A DNA stretch of 64,000 bases, from IMG/VR virus record IMGVR_UViG_2974638963_000001, positions 32,001 to 96,000 of that record. One strand, written 5' to 3'. Positions 14,715 through 24,975 of this stretch are shown here, in pieces. The first letter of the stretch is position 1. Each line of letters begins with the position of its first letter. The position numbers and the translations under genes are program-made. The stretch is from a virus. Lineage: Duplodnaviria; Caudoviricetes. The notes under the pieces were generated by a model. The model ran no database searches, was not told where the DNA came from, and was given only the letters and a program-made list of their open reading frames with translations.

Positions 14715-15010
14715 TACTGCACCTCAATAAGTTTGAATTCTTGAATAGTTCCTGAGAACTTACCATCAATGATGTCAATCTCGTATGCAATGCGATAACC
14801 TGTTCCTGTTAAAAGGGCGTTCATCATGCCTACTACACCCGTTTCTACTTCGGAATGTTTATTTAACGCACCAACAAAGATCATATCATTGGCGTAATCC
14901 AGTGGGACATCTAGAACGAAAGCTGAAGTAACCATTTTTGTAACCCCAATAGGGTCTCTATCTAATAGTTGGTTAAGCTCATTTACTACATCTTGTGGTA
15001 GGATTTGCAT
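14714..15010 (-). CDS. hypothetical protein
   Basis: ORF track; GAGGA SD. Confidence 0.8.
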   Translation of the reverse strand: MQILPQDVVNELNQLLDRDPIGVTKMVTSAFVLDVPLDYANDMIFVGALNKHSEVETGVVGMMNALLTGTGYRIAYEIDIIDGKFSGTIQEFKLIEVQ

Positions 15011-15114
15011 TTAGTTTTCCTCTGATAATTAACAATACAAATATTATATAATAAAACTGTGCAAATAAGCAAGTAATTTTATTATGTAATAGCCCCCGTA
15101 GGGGCTGTATTATA

Positions 15115-15960
15115 TTAAACAGTAAATGGATGTTTAATTGGCGGATGGGACTCATAGCTTTCCAGAACGAAATCGCCTGGTGTTACCCAGGTCAATACGT
15201 CTTCTAACGTTTTAATAGCTGGGTTGATATGTAACTTAGGAAGATCAAATGGCTCTCTCCAGATCTGCTCATTCATAGTTTCTAACTGATTCTCATAAAT
15301 GTGAGCATTTACAATCTTATGATACGCCTTCCCTGCTTTATGCCCAGTTATTTGTGCCATTAATGCACATAGAACAAAGCACTGAATCTGATTAAACACT
15401 AGACCAAGCGGCACATCACAACTACGCTGATAAGATGTCAGGTATAGTACCCCATCCAGTAAAGAGAAAGTATGAGTATGCATACATGGTCTTAAGCATC
15501 CCAGCTCAAATTCACCTGGGTTCCAAAACGTTACAATTTCACCTCTATCATCTTTTCCCTTTAATAGATCATCATAGACTTTCTGAAGCTGGTCAACACT
15601 ACCATTTGGAGAAGCCCACTGGCGCCCCTGGACACCATACACTCTTCCCATGTCTCCATGACCTTTACGGTTTGGATTTGCTAGCCACGCAGCGTTATCA
15701 TTAGCGTTTGCATGCCATGTGTTGCAACCAATAGAGGCAAACTGATCGGCGTTGTCATACCCACGTAAGTAACCTAAGAGTTCAGCTACAGCAGCTTTAA
15801 AGTTTACCTTACGAGTTGTTAGCATTGGGAATTTGTTGTTGGCTACATCGTATTCTAAATCAGCATTAATTACTGTAAGACAGCCAACACCTGTGCGTTC
15901 ATTAGGGACCATAGTCCCTTCTTTCATTATTCGTTTTGCTAGATCTAGATATTGTTTCAT
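15115..15960 (-). CDS. thyA: thymidylate synthase
   Basis: 'GRVYGVQ', 'LRPCMH', '[10 protein letters not shown]', 'NAHIYENQ'. Confidence 0.97.
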   Translation of the reverse strand: MKQYLDLAKRIMKEGTMVPNERTGVGCLTVINADLEYDVANNKFPMLTTRKVNFKAAVAELLGYLRGYDNADQFASIGCNTWHANANDNAAWLANPNRKGHGDMGRVYGVQGRQWASPNGSVDQLQKVYDDLLKGKDDRGEIVTFWNPGEFELGCLRPCMHTHTFSLLDGVLYLTSYQRSCDVPLGLVFNQIQCFVLCALMAQITGHKAGKAYHKIVNAHIYENQLETMNEQIWREPFDLPKLHINPAIKTLEDVLTWVTPGDFVLESYESHPPIKHPFTV

Positions 15961-16484
15961 TGCGGTTTCCTATAGACGTAGTGAGTCCCAGAGGCTTGAG
16001 TAAACTTAGATGGAGGTAGTTCTTGTGCTGACATTATTTCTAAATCAGATAATACGTCTGCTACTAAATCCATATCAAGCCATACATCTGCGTTTAAGGG
16101 TACGCTACTACCAATTAGAGAAGTATATACTGAGTCTACCTCTTCTGTTTGCATGATAGTTTCTAGTAAGAAAGCTCCACCAATACAGGCATACTTTACA
16201 CCCTCAGGTAATGATGTTAACAAATGTGTTAGTGTGTTTTCTCCGGCTATTACTTGCAGGTTTCCACCGAACATAGTGTCTAATCTACGTTTAACTGCTG
16301 CTGGTAGAGAATTCCAAGTATTTTTGCCAACTACTACTATTCTACCCTCTTCTTTGATATATTGCAAAGACTCCCAAAATAGAGCCAGTTCTTCGGGATA
16401 ACTGCCCCACGGCAGCTTCCCTTCATTTCCAAATTCACCTGCTACCCCTACAGCAAAGTGTAGAGAAAAGGTTGCATCTCTCAT
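15957..16484 (-). CDS. frd: dihydrofolate reductase
   Basis: 'FGNEGKLPW', '[11 protein letters not shown]', 'IGGA'; adjacent to thyA. Confidence 0.9.
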   Translation of the reverse strand: MRDATFSLHFAVGVAGEFGNEGKLPWGSYPEELALFWESLQYIKEEGRIVVVGKNTWNSLPAAVKRRLDTMFGGNLQVIAGENTLTHLLTSLPEGVKYACIGGAFLLETIMQTEEVDSVYTSLIGSSVPLNADVWLDMDLVADVLSDLEIMSAQELPPSKFTQASGTHYVYRKPQ

Positions 16485-17587
16485 TACATTAATCCTTCTA
16501 AATCAGCCCAGTCTGAAGAAGACCCTTGAGTAGTCTGTCCTACACGATAGGAGGTTACTGAGGTTTCTTGTGGAGCTACTTGGAAACGATCTGGATCTAG
16601 GTAGTTATCCATAAATAGTAATGGGTTTTGACGCACAATCTCCATACCATTAGGCATTTCAATACCTAGGAAATTAAATGATACGAATCCAATGTGGAAT
16701 AGGTAGTATTTTAATTCTTCAGCACTTTGCAATTTACTTAATGAACGACCGTCACGGAGGATATAGTTGCCCCAAGCAATTTCACGCTGAACCACATTCC
16801 ATAAGATGGATGGAGCTTTCTCCATAACTTCTTCAACTAGATGTGGTCTCATCTGAGACATATGGATCAGGATAACTTCTTTACTCATGTGAGTATGAAG
16901 AGCTTCATCTTTGGCGATTAGTTGCAGGTTATTAGCAATACCAGTAAATACATCTTCTTCTGCTAATGCGAATGTACATGCAAATGATGCGTAGAACTGA
17001 ATAGATTCTAATGCATAAATATGCAAGTACGCTTCTAAGATCATTTGCTGCATCTGCTCGAAGTGAGACTTAGATGGGTTTTCTGTATCTTCCCAATTAC
17101 GGGAGGCTCTGTATAGTTCATCAAAGAACCCTACTGCACCAGCGATACGAGCAAATGCTTCTTGGTTATCCACGATTGAACGAATAAATAATGCTGGATC
17201 AGGAAGAACAGTTTGGATAATGTTTGAGTAAGCACGACTATGAATATTTTCGAAGTAACCCCATTCTTTGATCATGCCCTCTAGTTCTGGTCTACTGACT
17301 AACGGCTGAATAGACTGCTCTGGTGCGCGTGCGATGAAGCTATCAGTCATTGTTTGCCATGCTAGATTTTCTAGCGTAATAAGTCGGTAGCTCTCTGGTA
17401 CTAGGGGCCACATTTTAGTATCATCAGCCATCTTGACTTCAGTCTCAATCCAATACTGAGAACGCTGTTTTAATGCTAGCTCTTCTAGACGTGGGTGTGC
17501 AATGTTGATAAAGTCAGCTAAGCCAACTTTCTGTGATAAGAATAAGGTAGGATCTGAGGCATCCCAACCTAGATTTAGTAAACTCAT
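16484..17587 (-). CDS. nrdB: class Ia ribonucleotide reductase beta subunit
   Basis: 'ENIHSRAY', 'LESIQFYASF', 'DEALH', 'APQE'; start MSLLNLG behind GGAG SD. Confidence 0.96.
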   Translation of the reverse strand: MSLLNLGWDASDPTLFLSQKVGLADFINIAHPRLEELALKQRSQYWIETEVKMADDTKMWPLVPESYRLITLENLAWQTMTDSFIARAPEQSIQPLVSRPELEGMIKEWGYFENIHSRAYSNIIQTVLPDPALFIRSIVDNQEAFARIAGAVGFFDELYRASRNWEDTENPSKSHFEQMQQMILEAYLHIYALESIQFYASFACTFALAEEDVFTGIANNLQLIAKDEALHTHMSKEVILIHMSQMRPHLVEEVMEKAPSILWNVVQREIAWGNYILRDGRSLSKLQSAEELKYYLFHIGFVSFNFLGIEMPNGMEIVRQNPLLFMDNYLDPDRFQVAPQETSVTSYRVGQTTQGSSSDWADLEGLM

Positions 17588-17660
17588 TGATTTTTCTCCA
17601 TTTTGAAAACATAAAAGCATTCTACACCAAATCGATGTAGAATGCAAGAAATATTTTTAA

Positions 17661-20045
17661 TTACAGGGTGCATCCACCGCTTGAACAGCTTTGTGATTCT
17701 GCTTCGTGAGAGGATCCACCATTGGCCGCATTAAACCAAGCATAGTACATAGATTTCCAACCATATTTATGTGCTAGGATCATATGTTTAACTACTTCAG
17801 TTACAGGAATCTTACCGTCTGGATAGTCATCATATACGTACCATTGGTCAGCACTTATGGACTGACTGAACCACTTCTGCACAACACCAACAAATTTAAT
17901 CCATTCAACCTTATCAATATCAAATGCGTATTTATACACAGCTTCATCTACCTCGCCAGTAGTCACACCGTAAGCTACTTGAGGAACCATGTTAACACCG
18001 CTTTTCTTGATAACTACTATATCACGGATTGGGTTGATGCTGTTTGATACTCCTAGAACGACAGAAGAAGATTCACCCGGCATTTGTGCAGTTAGTACTG
18101 AGTTTCTCATGCCATGCTCTAAAATTTCAGCACGTAAAGCTTCCCAGTCATGCTGTAAGCCAACAGAAACCAGCTCATCAACAGTTTTCTTATAGGTATC
18201 GATTACTAGGACACCTTTAGCTGGAGAAGTGTAGTCAAACCATTCAGCTTTACCACGCTCTTTAGCTAACTGTATAGAGGCTTTGTGCAAGTAATATGCG
18301 TGGTCTTCCATTTGTTTATGCATCCAGTTACGAGCTTCAATGCCCTCAAACTGTAAACCTTCTTTAGCCATAGCACCAGCAGCATTCATAACCCCGATAC
18401 CTACGTTTCTACGTGCCTTAGCAGAGAATTCCATGGCTGGGAATGTGTAGTCTTGGATTTCAATGATTGAGTCAACGAATTTCAATAAAATGTAATAAAC
18501 TCGTTCTTTTTCCCACGGCTGGCAACTTCCTAGGACAAATCCACCTAAGTTACAAAGAGATACTTCTCCGTTGTCCCCTGGTTTACTACCCTTTAATTGT
18601 TCAGCAGTTTTATATAGGTCTACTACATGTTCAAACGGATATGTTGGTTGGTTGATCTCAACGCATAAGTTGCTCATTTTAATAGCTTCTTCGAAGTTAC
18701 TGTGAGCATTTGTATTGTCCATAAACTGGAAGTATAGACGACCTGTTTCCATACGGACTGCAATGGCTGTGCTAAGCAATTCAGCGGCAGGTATTACTTC
18801 AACAACAGGAATCTGTGACCCACCTTTACCAACTTTAGTTTTGCCAGCTAGACGTTTCTCTGCGGCTTCATACACTTCACGGAAATGATTTAAATCACCA
18901 GAGCTATGAACAAAGGCATCAAACACCTCAGGTGCATAGAAGATACTCATTAGAGTAATGTTTTGACCTTTAATTGCTCGTTCTAATACTAAACCGTTAA
19001 ACTGAATTAAGAAGTCACTTTTATCTAGACGATCTTCTGCTGCTGAACGTTGTGACTTAGATGCTATGATTTTTAGTACTTCAGCATCAAAGAATGGGAT
19101 ATTAGCTGTCATACTACCACCACGAGACTGCTGTGTATTAGCCTGAGTGGAAGATAATGCGTGTCTTAAGTATGGCATTTTACCAGTACTTACGAATGAG
19201 CCATTACGAATAGGGTCCCCTGTTGCACGACTACGTAGTAAATACCCAATACCAGCGCGAGCTGCTACCATTTTAAATACGATGTGCTCCGCTGCATCAA
19301 TACTGTCTAGAGTATCTGCTGCTTCCATTAAGCAACAAGAGGCAAAACCTTTATCTGGTGTACGAAGTCCCACTAGAGGAGGGGTTGGTACGTTAATCTT
19401 ATGTAGACTAAATGCGTTGTACAGTTCGATAATTTCTGTTAATGACCAGTCACCAGTTCTAGCAATAGCCATTGCCATACCCATATAAGTGAACTGAGGT
19501 GTTTCATAGATTTCATCCGTGTGGATGTTACGACGAGCATATTTATCTGCGAACTGTTTCAAACCTGAATAACTAAACTTGTGGTCACGAGAGTGATCAA
19601 TAGCTTCTTCTAAATGTGTCCAGTAATGGTCTGGGATCCAAGGCATCTCTTCCCATACGCCTAAGTCCATCAAGTGTGAAGCCCATCCACGTAGAGATGG
19701 TGGCTCAAATGAGTCGTATACTGACTTACGTAGACGTGCTAGATATAATTCACGTGCTGCAATATCGAACTCTGGGTTCATCTTAACTAATGATTCTGCT
19801 GAACGAATCAACAGATCTTGTAAATCTTCTGAGTCAATCGTACTCTTAGATGTAAAACGCAGCGCACTACGTACAATCTGTTTCCAGTCTGCTGTAGCTG
19901 TCTTCTGGCAAGCCCACTCTGCCCAGCCATCTAGCTTTTCAATATCAAATGGCTCAATGAAGCCATCGCGTTTACGGACGAATTGAACGTTGCCCAGACG
20001 TGTAGTTGTTGCAGGTTTCTTTAAAAAATGTTCTACGCCAGCCAT
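17661..20045 (-). CDS. nrdA: class Ia ribonucleotide reductase alpha subunit
   Basis: ATP cone (KRDG), 'ETPQ', 'ASCC', 'SNLCVEI', C-terminal CSSGGC. Confidence 0.97.
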   Translation of the reverse strand: MAGVEHFLKKPATTTRLGNVQFVRKRDGFIEPFDIEKLDGWAEWACQKTATADWKQIVRSALRFTSKSTIDSEDLQDLLIRSAESLVKMNPEFDIAARELYLARLRKSVYDSFEPPSLRGWASHLMDLGVWEEMPWIPDHYWTHLEEAIDHSRDHKFSYSGLKQFADKYARRNIHTDEIYETPQFTYMGMAMAIARTGDWSLTEIIELYNAFSLHKINVPTPPLVGLRTPDKGFASCCLMEAADTLDSIDAAEHIVFKMVAARAGIGYLLRSRATGDPIRNGSFVSTGKMPYLRHALSSTQANTQQSRGGSMTANIPFFDAEVLKIIASKSQRSAAEDRLDKSDFLIQFNGLVLERAIKGQNITLMSIFYAPEVFDAFVHSSGDLNHFREVYEAAEKRLAGKTKVGKGGSQIPVVEVIPAAELLSTAIAVRMETGRLYFQFMDNTNAHSNFEEAIKMSNLCVEINQPTYPFEHVVDLYKTAEQLKGSKPGDNGEVSLCNLGGFVLGSCQPWEKERVYYILLKFVDSIIEIQDYTFPAMEFSAKARRNVGIGVMNAAGAMAKEGLQFEGIEARNWMHKQMEDHAYYLHKASIQLAKERGKAEWFDYTSPAKGVLVIDTYKKTVDELVSVGLQHDWEALRAEILEHGMRNSVLTAQMPGESSSVVLGVSNSINPIRDIVVIKKSGVNMVPQVAYGVTTGEVDEAVYKYAFDIDKVEWIKFVGVVQKWFSQSISADQWYVYDDYPDGKIPVTEVVKHMILAHKYGWKSMYYAWFNAANGGSSHEAESQSCSSGGCTL

Positions 20046-20063
20046 TCTCTTTTCCTTGTAGGT

Positions 20064-20095
20064 TAAAAAAGCCAGACCTATTACAGTCTGGCTTG
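20064..20095 (-). terminator. intrinsic terminator-like hairpin between phoH and nrdA
   Basis: AAGCCAGAC...GTCTGGCTT followed by T-run on the minus strand. Confidence 0.6.
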
Positions 20096-20172
20096 AGTTA
20101 AATTCCTGCGCCCTCCGAGGGTACAGTCTAGGTTGTTAAAGTGTTACGTGTGACTAAAAGCCTGGATGTTCA

Positions 20173-20892
20173 TCAAACATTGATTAATCCTTCTGAGTAG
20201 AATATATCATAGAATGCTGATGATTCACGAGATCTAACGTTCTCTTCCAGCTCAATATGCCTGAATGGAGTAAACTCGTACTTATCTTTAATGTCCATTA
20301 GCATCTTGAGTCCAGACTTACCGTGTAGGTCTTTCTGAGCAATATCACCACAGATAATCATACGACAATCTTCCCCGATACGGGTTAGGATAGCGATCAT
20401 AGCTTCTGGTGTGATATTCTGTGCTTCATCAACAATTACGAAACAGTTATTAAAGGTACGTCCTCTTACGTGTTCGACAGCGACAAATTGAATTCGTTCG
20501 TCTTTGAAAAGACCTTCGTATCCGTATTTACCGATTGCCCACACAATCCCATCTTTGATAGGCACTAACCAAGGCTCTAGCTTTTCCTTGAGGTCTCCAG
20601 GCAACATACCCAGTGACTTACCAAGTGGTTCATTTGGTCTAATTAAAACAACGCGTTCAAACGGAGATTTATGCTTGTATAATTCTTGTGCCGCTAGGGC
20701 AGCAGGAATAAAGGTTTTACCAGTACCAGGCTTACCTGTACAAACTACTACGGTTGAGTTCTTAATAGCATTGATGTAAGATTTCTGTTCAGAGTTCTTT
20801 GGTACTAAAGTCTTATCCGAACCTAATCTTCCACAGGATGTTGATTGATCAACGTCCTTTTGCTTTTTACGTTCTTTCTTTGGTTTTGCCAT
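20173..20892 (-). CDS. phoH: PhoH family ATPase
   Basis: 'GKPGTGKT', 'RGRTF', 'DEAQN', 'GDIAQ'; start MAKPKK behind AAGGAG SD. Confidence 0.95.
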   Translation of the reverse strand: MAKPKKERKKQKDVDQSTSCGRLGSDKTLVPKNSEQKSYINAIKNSTVVVCTGKPGTGKTFIPAALAAQELYKHKSPFERVVLIRPNEPLGKSLGMLPGDLKEKLEPWLVPIKDGIVWAIGKYGYEGLFKDERIQFVAVEHVRGRTFNNCFVIVDEAQNITPEAMIAILTRIGEDCRMIICGDIAQKDLHGKSGLKMLMDIKDKYEFTPFRHIELEENVRSRESSAFYDIFYSEGLINV

Positions 20893-20957
20893 TTGCACTC
20901 CTTTATGCACGCAGAGGAATATGAGATATATTCTTGCTTTTTCCACTTTACCTATAT

Positions 20958-20986
20958 ATTATAGCTTAAATCGTGGCAGATTGCAA
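20958..20986 (-). promoter_or_regulatory. sigma70-type promoter (leftward operon)
   Basis: TTGCAA-17-TATAAT. Confidence 0.75.
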
Positions 20987-21130
20987 GTAGAATTTTTAAT
21001 TCCGACTGTTGGCTTGGATTCTTTCCTTTATTATAACGTGCGCGCGTACGTATATCATAAGTTTCAAGGACTTGTCAAGAAAAGTTTTTGTTAATAAAAT
21101 GTTACCACCTGTAACAATTAAAAACTTCAT

Positions 21131-21159
21131 TTGACCTTTACGGAGAAATGTAGTATAAT
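21131..21159 (+). promoter_or_regulatory. sigma70-type promoter (rightward, nrdD)
   Basis: TTGACC-17-TATAAT. Confidence 0.8.
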
Positions 21160-21185
21160 GGTAGGATTAATTGGAGGAAAGTATA

Positions 21186-23057
21186 ATGAATGATAAATTA
21201 AAGAAAATGCTAGAGAACGTTCGTGGTATCTTATCTAGTTCGGCTAGCGATGAATTACTATTTAATAATGCTAACAAGCCTTCCGAGCGATTCCCTACTC
21301 AAAGGGATATGATTGCTGGTGAGGTTAGTAAGTATTTGCTATATGAAATGTTACCACAGAACATTTGGAACGCCCATGAACGTGGTGAGATTCACTTCCA
21401 TGATGCTGACTACTCAGCAATGGGTATGACTAATTGTTGTTTAGTAGATCTGGAAGGAATGTTGAAGGATGGTTTACGTGTTGGGAATGCTAATATTGAG
21501 ACACCTAAGTCAATCGGAACAGCAGTTGCTATCACTGCACAGATTATTGCACAGGTTTCTAGCCATCAATATGGTGGTACTTCTATAGATAGATTTGACG
21601 AAGTATTGGCTACCTATGTTCGTAAGTCTTATGATAAGAACCATGCATTTGCTAGACGATGGACTAAAGATGAGGCTAAGGCTTCTGTTATGGCAACTGA
21701 AATGACTGAAAAGAACGTTGAAGATGCTATGCAAGGTTTTGAATATGAGGTTAACACTTTATTTAACAGTAATGGGCAGTCTCCATTTATCACTATTGGG
21801 TTCGGATTAGGAACTAGTTGGGAAGCTAGGATGGTGCAGAAACACTTACTACTTACACGCATGCGTGGATTAGGAGCTGGCAAGCATACCGCTATATTTC
21901 CTAAGCTGGTATTTGTTCTTAAACAAGGCCTGAATATGAAGCCTGGTGATGTTAACTACGATATTAAACAGCTAGCAATGAAATGTACTTCTGAGCGTAT
22001 GTACCCTGACTACATCAGCTATGAGAAGCTCGTGGAAGTAACTGGTGACTACAAGGTTAGTATGGGTTGTAGATCCTTTCTTTCAGCTATTGAGTCTGGT
22101 GAGACATCAGGACGTAACAACCTAGGAGTTGTATCGATAAACCTACCTAGGATAGCTATGGAGTCTGACGGTGACTTTGACGAATTCTTTGTTATCTTAG
22201 GTGAACGTCTTAGACTAGCTGCTCTAGCTCAAAAGTGGCGTATTGCGCATCTAGCAAATGTACAGGCTAAATCAGCACCTATCTTATATATGTATGGTGG
22301 TTTTGGTTTACGTCTAGACCCTGAAGAGTATGTGCTTGAGCATTTACGTGGTCGTGCTTCTATATCTATGGGTTATATAGGTTGCCATGAAATGTTGCAG
22401 GTTATGTATGGTGAGGATGTAGATACATTAGCACCTGAATGTGTTAGTTTTGTTCAAGATGTTCTTGAAGTAATGTCAACATATTGTGAAGAACTCAGGA
22501 ACGAAACTGGATTTGGGTTTAGTCTTTATGCTACCCCATCTGAGTCTCTGTGTGATAGGTTTAACCGTATAGACAGAGAAGTTTTCCCCGAATACCATTG
22601 GTTGTTTGAAAAAGGATATTATACCAATAGTCACCACTTAAGTGTGGATAGAAAGGTAGCTCCTGATGTCAAATTTGATTTTGAATCTAACTTTACTAGT
22701 ATTGCTAGTGGCGGCTGCATTTCTTACGTAGAACTTCCTGATATGAAGAAGTTTCCTCAAGGTCTAGAATGGGTGATTGATTACGCTGCAAGCAAGGTGC
22801 ACTACTTCGGTATTAATACCCCAGTGGACTCATGTGATGATTGTGGGTTCATGGGTGAGACAGTACCTACTGAAAATGGGTTCACATGCCCGTCTTGTGG
22901 TAACCATGACCCTGACAAGCTAGAAATTACTAGACGTGTCTGTGGGTACTTAGGTAATCCTGGTAGTCGTCCATTTAATCCTGGTAAGCAGCACGAGGTT
23001 ATGGATAGGGTTAAACATGCCGATGTTCGCAAAGGAAAGGTGCAAGTAAAGAAATAA
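21186..23057 (+). CDS. nrdD: class III anaerobic ribonucleoside-triphosphate reductase
   Basis: 'TNCCL', 'MGCRS', 'YYTNS', C-terminal CxxC..CxxC and glycyl-radical 'RVCGYL'. Confidence 0.97.
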   Translation: MNDKLKKMLENVRGILSSSASDELLFNNANKPSERFPTQRDMIAGEVSKYLLYEMLPQNIWNAHERGEIHFHDADYSAMGMTNCCLVDLEGMLKDGLRVGNANIETPKSIGTAVAITAQIIAQVSSHQYGGTSIDRFDEVLATYVRKSYDKNHAFARRWTKDEAKASVMATEMTEKNVEDAMQGFEYEVNTLFNSNGQSPFITIGFGLGTSWEARMVQKHLLLTRMRGLGAGKHTAIFPKLVFVLKQGLNMKPGDVNYDIKQLAMKCTSERMYPDYISYEKLVEVTGDYKVSMGCRSFLSAIESGETSGRNNLGVVSINLPRIAMESDGDFDEFFVILGERLRLAALAQKWRIAHLANVQAKSAPILYMYGGFGLRLDPEEYVLEHLRGRASISMGYIGCHEMLQVMYGEDVDTLAPECVSFVQDVLEVMSTYCEELRNETGFGFSLYATPSESLCDRFNRIDREVFPEYHWLFEKGYYTNSHHLSVDRKVAPDVKFDFESNFTSIASGGCISYVELPDMKKFPQGLEWVIDYAASKVHYFGINTPVDSCDDCGFMGETVPTENGFTCPSCGNHDPDKLEITRRVCGYLGNPGSRPFNPGKQHEVMDRVKHADVRKGKVQVKK

Positions 23058-23062
23058 ATTTC

Positions 23063-23091
23063 TTGCTTAATAGCTCTCGTTTTGGTATAAT
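23063..23091 (+). promoter_or_regulatory. sigma70-type early promoter
   Basis: TTGCTT-17-TATAAT. Confidence 0.8.
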
Positions 23092-23122
23092 ATCTATAAA
23101 TTAACTAAAGCGAGGGTTTATT

Positions 23123-23476
23123 ATGTTACAAGAGTCGGTTAACGCAATTATAGAAGAATCACTAGGTGATAGAGTTAAAGAATTGGTAGGTATTGTTCAT
23201 AATGGTATCATCCAATCTGCAAAGAAAAGGAGCTTCTGTAGCACTATTCAAATTAATAATGCTACCAAACAATTTAGCCTTAATAAACAAGAACTAGTTT
23301 CATTACTACAAATTGTTTCAGCTATTTTTGAAGCAGAGGGCGGAATACTAATGACTTACGCTATCTCTGGTAGTAACAATGACCTATCTATTGGGGTAGA
23401 TGTATTAGTATCACCTACTGATACACTTGCATCTTATCTTGTAAAAATTTATGATTCGGAGAATGATAATGGCTGA
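23123..23476 (+). CDS. hypothetical protein
   Basis: ORF track; GAGG SD. Confidence 0.75.
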   Translation: MLQESVNAIIEESLGDRVKELVGIVHNGIIQSAKKRSFCSTIQINNATKQFSLNKQELVSLLQIVSAIFEAEGGILMTYAISGSNNDLSIGVDVLVSPTDTLASYLVKIYDSENDNG

Positions 23477-23681
23477 TTTCTGTAGGGATTGTGCAATTGA
23501 TATTTTGGGTTTCGACACCAAAGATCTTGCAGGTTTAATTACTAAAGAAGATATGTATAACGGAATCCGTGCCCACGTGATATGTGAGGGCTGTGGGTGG
23601 ATTCTAGTAGACCATAATGGTGTTCGTGTTGCTCCTGATGACAATGTTCAAGAGGTAGATAAGAATGAAGAAGATCACTAG
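23469..23681 (+). CDS. small zinc-binding hypothetical protein
   Basis: MADFCRDC...CEGCG motif. Confidence 0.75.
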   Translation: MADFCRDCAIDILGFDTKDLAGLITKEDMYNGIRAHVICEGCGWILVDHNGVRVAPDDNVQEVDKNEEDH

Positions 23682-23961
23682 ATGGTGGGTAGCTAGAACA
23701 AGCCCTAATGATGTTGCCTTAGATCTAGCCACTGTGTGCACTCGTGTTATAAATAGGTCTAGAGTGGGCAATGCAGTAGCTTCCCAACTAACTCAAGTTA
23801 CAGAGACTGAAATAGAGCGTGTTAAAAAATTAAATGTTAATGCTACTGATATTAACATGTTAGTCCAGATATTATGTGGGTTAGGTGTACAACTAGATTG
23901 TAGCGCAGCTAATATTCCTGATATTATCAAGCGTGAATGGGACCTAGAGGAAGAGCAGTAA
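23665..23961 (+). CDS. hypothetical protein (possible HTH)
   Basis: ORF track; GAGG SD. Confidence 0.7.
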   Translation: MKKITRWWVARTSPNDVALDLATVCTRVINRSRVGNAVASQLTQVTETEIERVKKLNVNATDINMLVQILCGLGVQLDCSAANIPDIIKREWDLEEEQ

Positions 23962-24260
23962 TGAATATTATTGTACCACGCCCAGAACATATGCCACGTA
24001 GTCAGAATGATCTGCCAGATGAAGTATACTATAATATATGGGCAGCAGATCAGCTAGCTAGTATTGTAGGTTACATGTTATCCTATACCAACGAGTTCCA
24101 TAAAGAAGGCAAGTTTGATATCACACTTACAAATACTGGAGGCTCAGAGGTACGTAGGCGCGTAACTGAGGCATTGGCTGAACAAGGCTGGGAAGCTACA
24201 TATGAGCTTGAGAAGTACCAGCAACCTTTACTGACGTTACGTCCGCTTGACGACCTGTAA
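23961..24260 (+). CDS. hypothetical protein
   Basis: ORF track 23937..24260; start MNIIVP coupled to upstream stop. Confidence 0.7.
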   Translation: MNIIVPRPEHMPRSQNDLPDEVYYNIWAADQLASIVGYMLSYTNEFHKEGKFDITLTNTGGSEVRRRVTEALAEQGWEATYELEKYQQPLLTLRPLDDL

Positions 24261-24327
24261 AATTTAGAAAGTGGTGGGAAATTTGGCTGTTCAAATAGGA
24301 ACCACCACCCCGATTTATAAAAATTTC

Positions 24328-24356
24328 TTGCAATCGTCGAAAACTTTTGTTATAAT
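24328..24356 (+). promoter_or_regulatory. sigma70-type promoter upstream of structured leader and obp
   Basis: TTGCAA-17-TATAAT. Confidence 0.8.
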
Positions 24357-24364
24357 ATATTCAT

Positions 24365-24945
24365 AGTTTGGAAATTCTTAGGCGTTTAAGAAAAGCGCCT
24401 AACGATTTGTAAACTCTAGATTGATTTACATTTGTCACTCAGTATGTATCCGGTTCGTGGGGCAACCCCAACGTAGATAACGCTGATTATCTCTAACCAC
24501 ATAAATTCTTAACTAGTTCGACAGCTATAAAGCTGGCTTTGCTACCTGAAATCCGACCTGTTGTGCGGTGTAGTCTTATGAAGTCTCTTCGGAGAAAACC
24601 ATGTTGTCATAGGGCTAGGGTAACGATAAGAACGCGGTCAATTAAACTTCTCAGAGGATGTAGGTTCGCCCTGTCTTCGGAGCACACCTGCTTAGCGGCG
24701 AATCATGAGGTGGCGTGCGAAGTTTATGTAGACTAGCAATAGCAGTCCGGCGGAGTGAGACCAAAGGCGTATAGTGAGAATAAGAAGAGAGTGTATGTGG
24801 TTAGGATGTTTTCTTTTTCGAAAGAACTCGAACAAAAAGTAAGTTGATTGTATTTGCTAGGTGAACCCTCGGGCAACTGACATAGTAACTGAACAAATCT
24901 TAGAGCATAACTGTTCCCTGGCTAAACAGGATGGACAGGATAATT
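24365..24945 (+). ncRNA. candidate ~550-nt highly structured RNA / 5' leader of the origin-binding protein gene
   Basis: Nested helices 24493-24503/24794-24804, 24571-24581/24607-24617, 24643-24650/24719-24726, 24665-24670/24697-24702; cUUCGg and GCAA tetraloops in + sense. Confidence 0.65.
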
Positions 24946-24975
24946 GTAACCTTTTAACTATAGGAGTAACTCTAC

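Noticed and set aside
24539-24736. 65-aa + strand ORF upstream of obp
   Set aside because: TTG start, no SD, atypical composition, and overlaps dense RNA helices.
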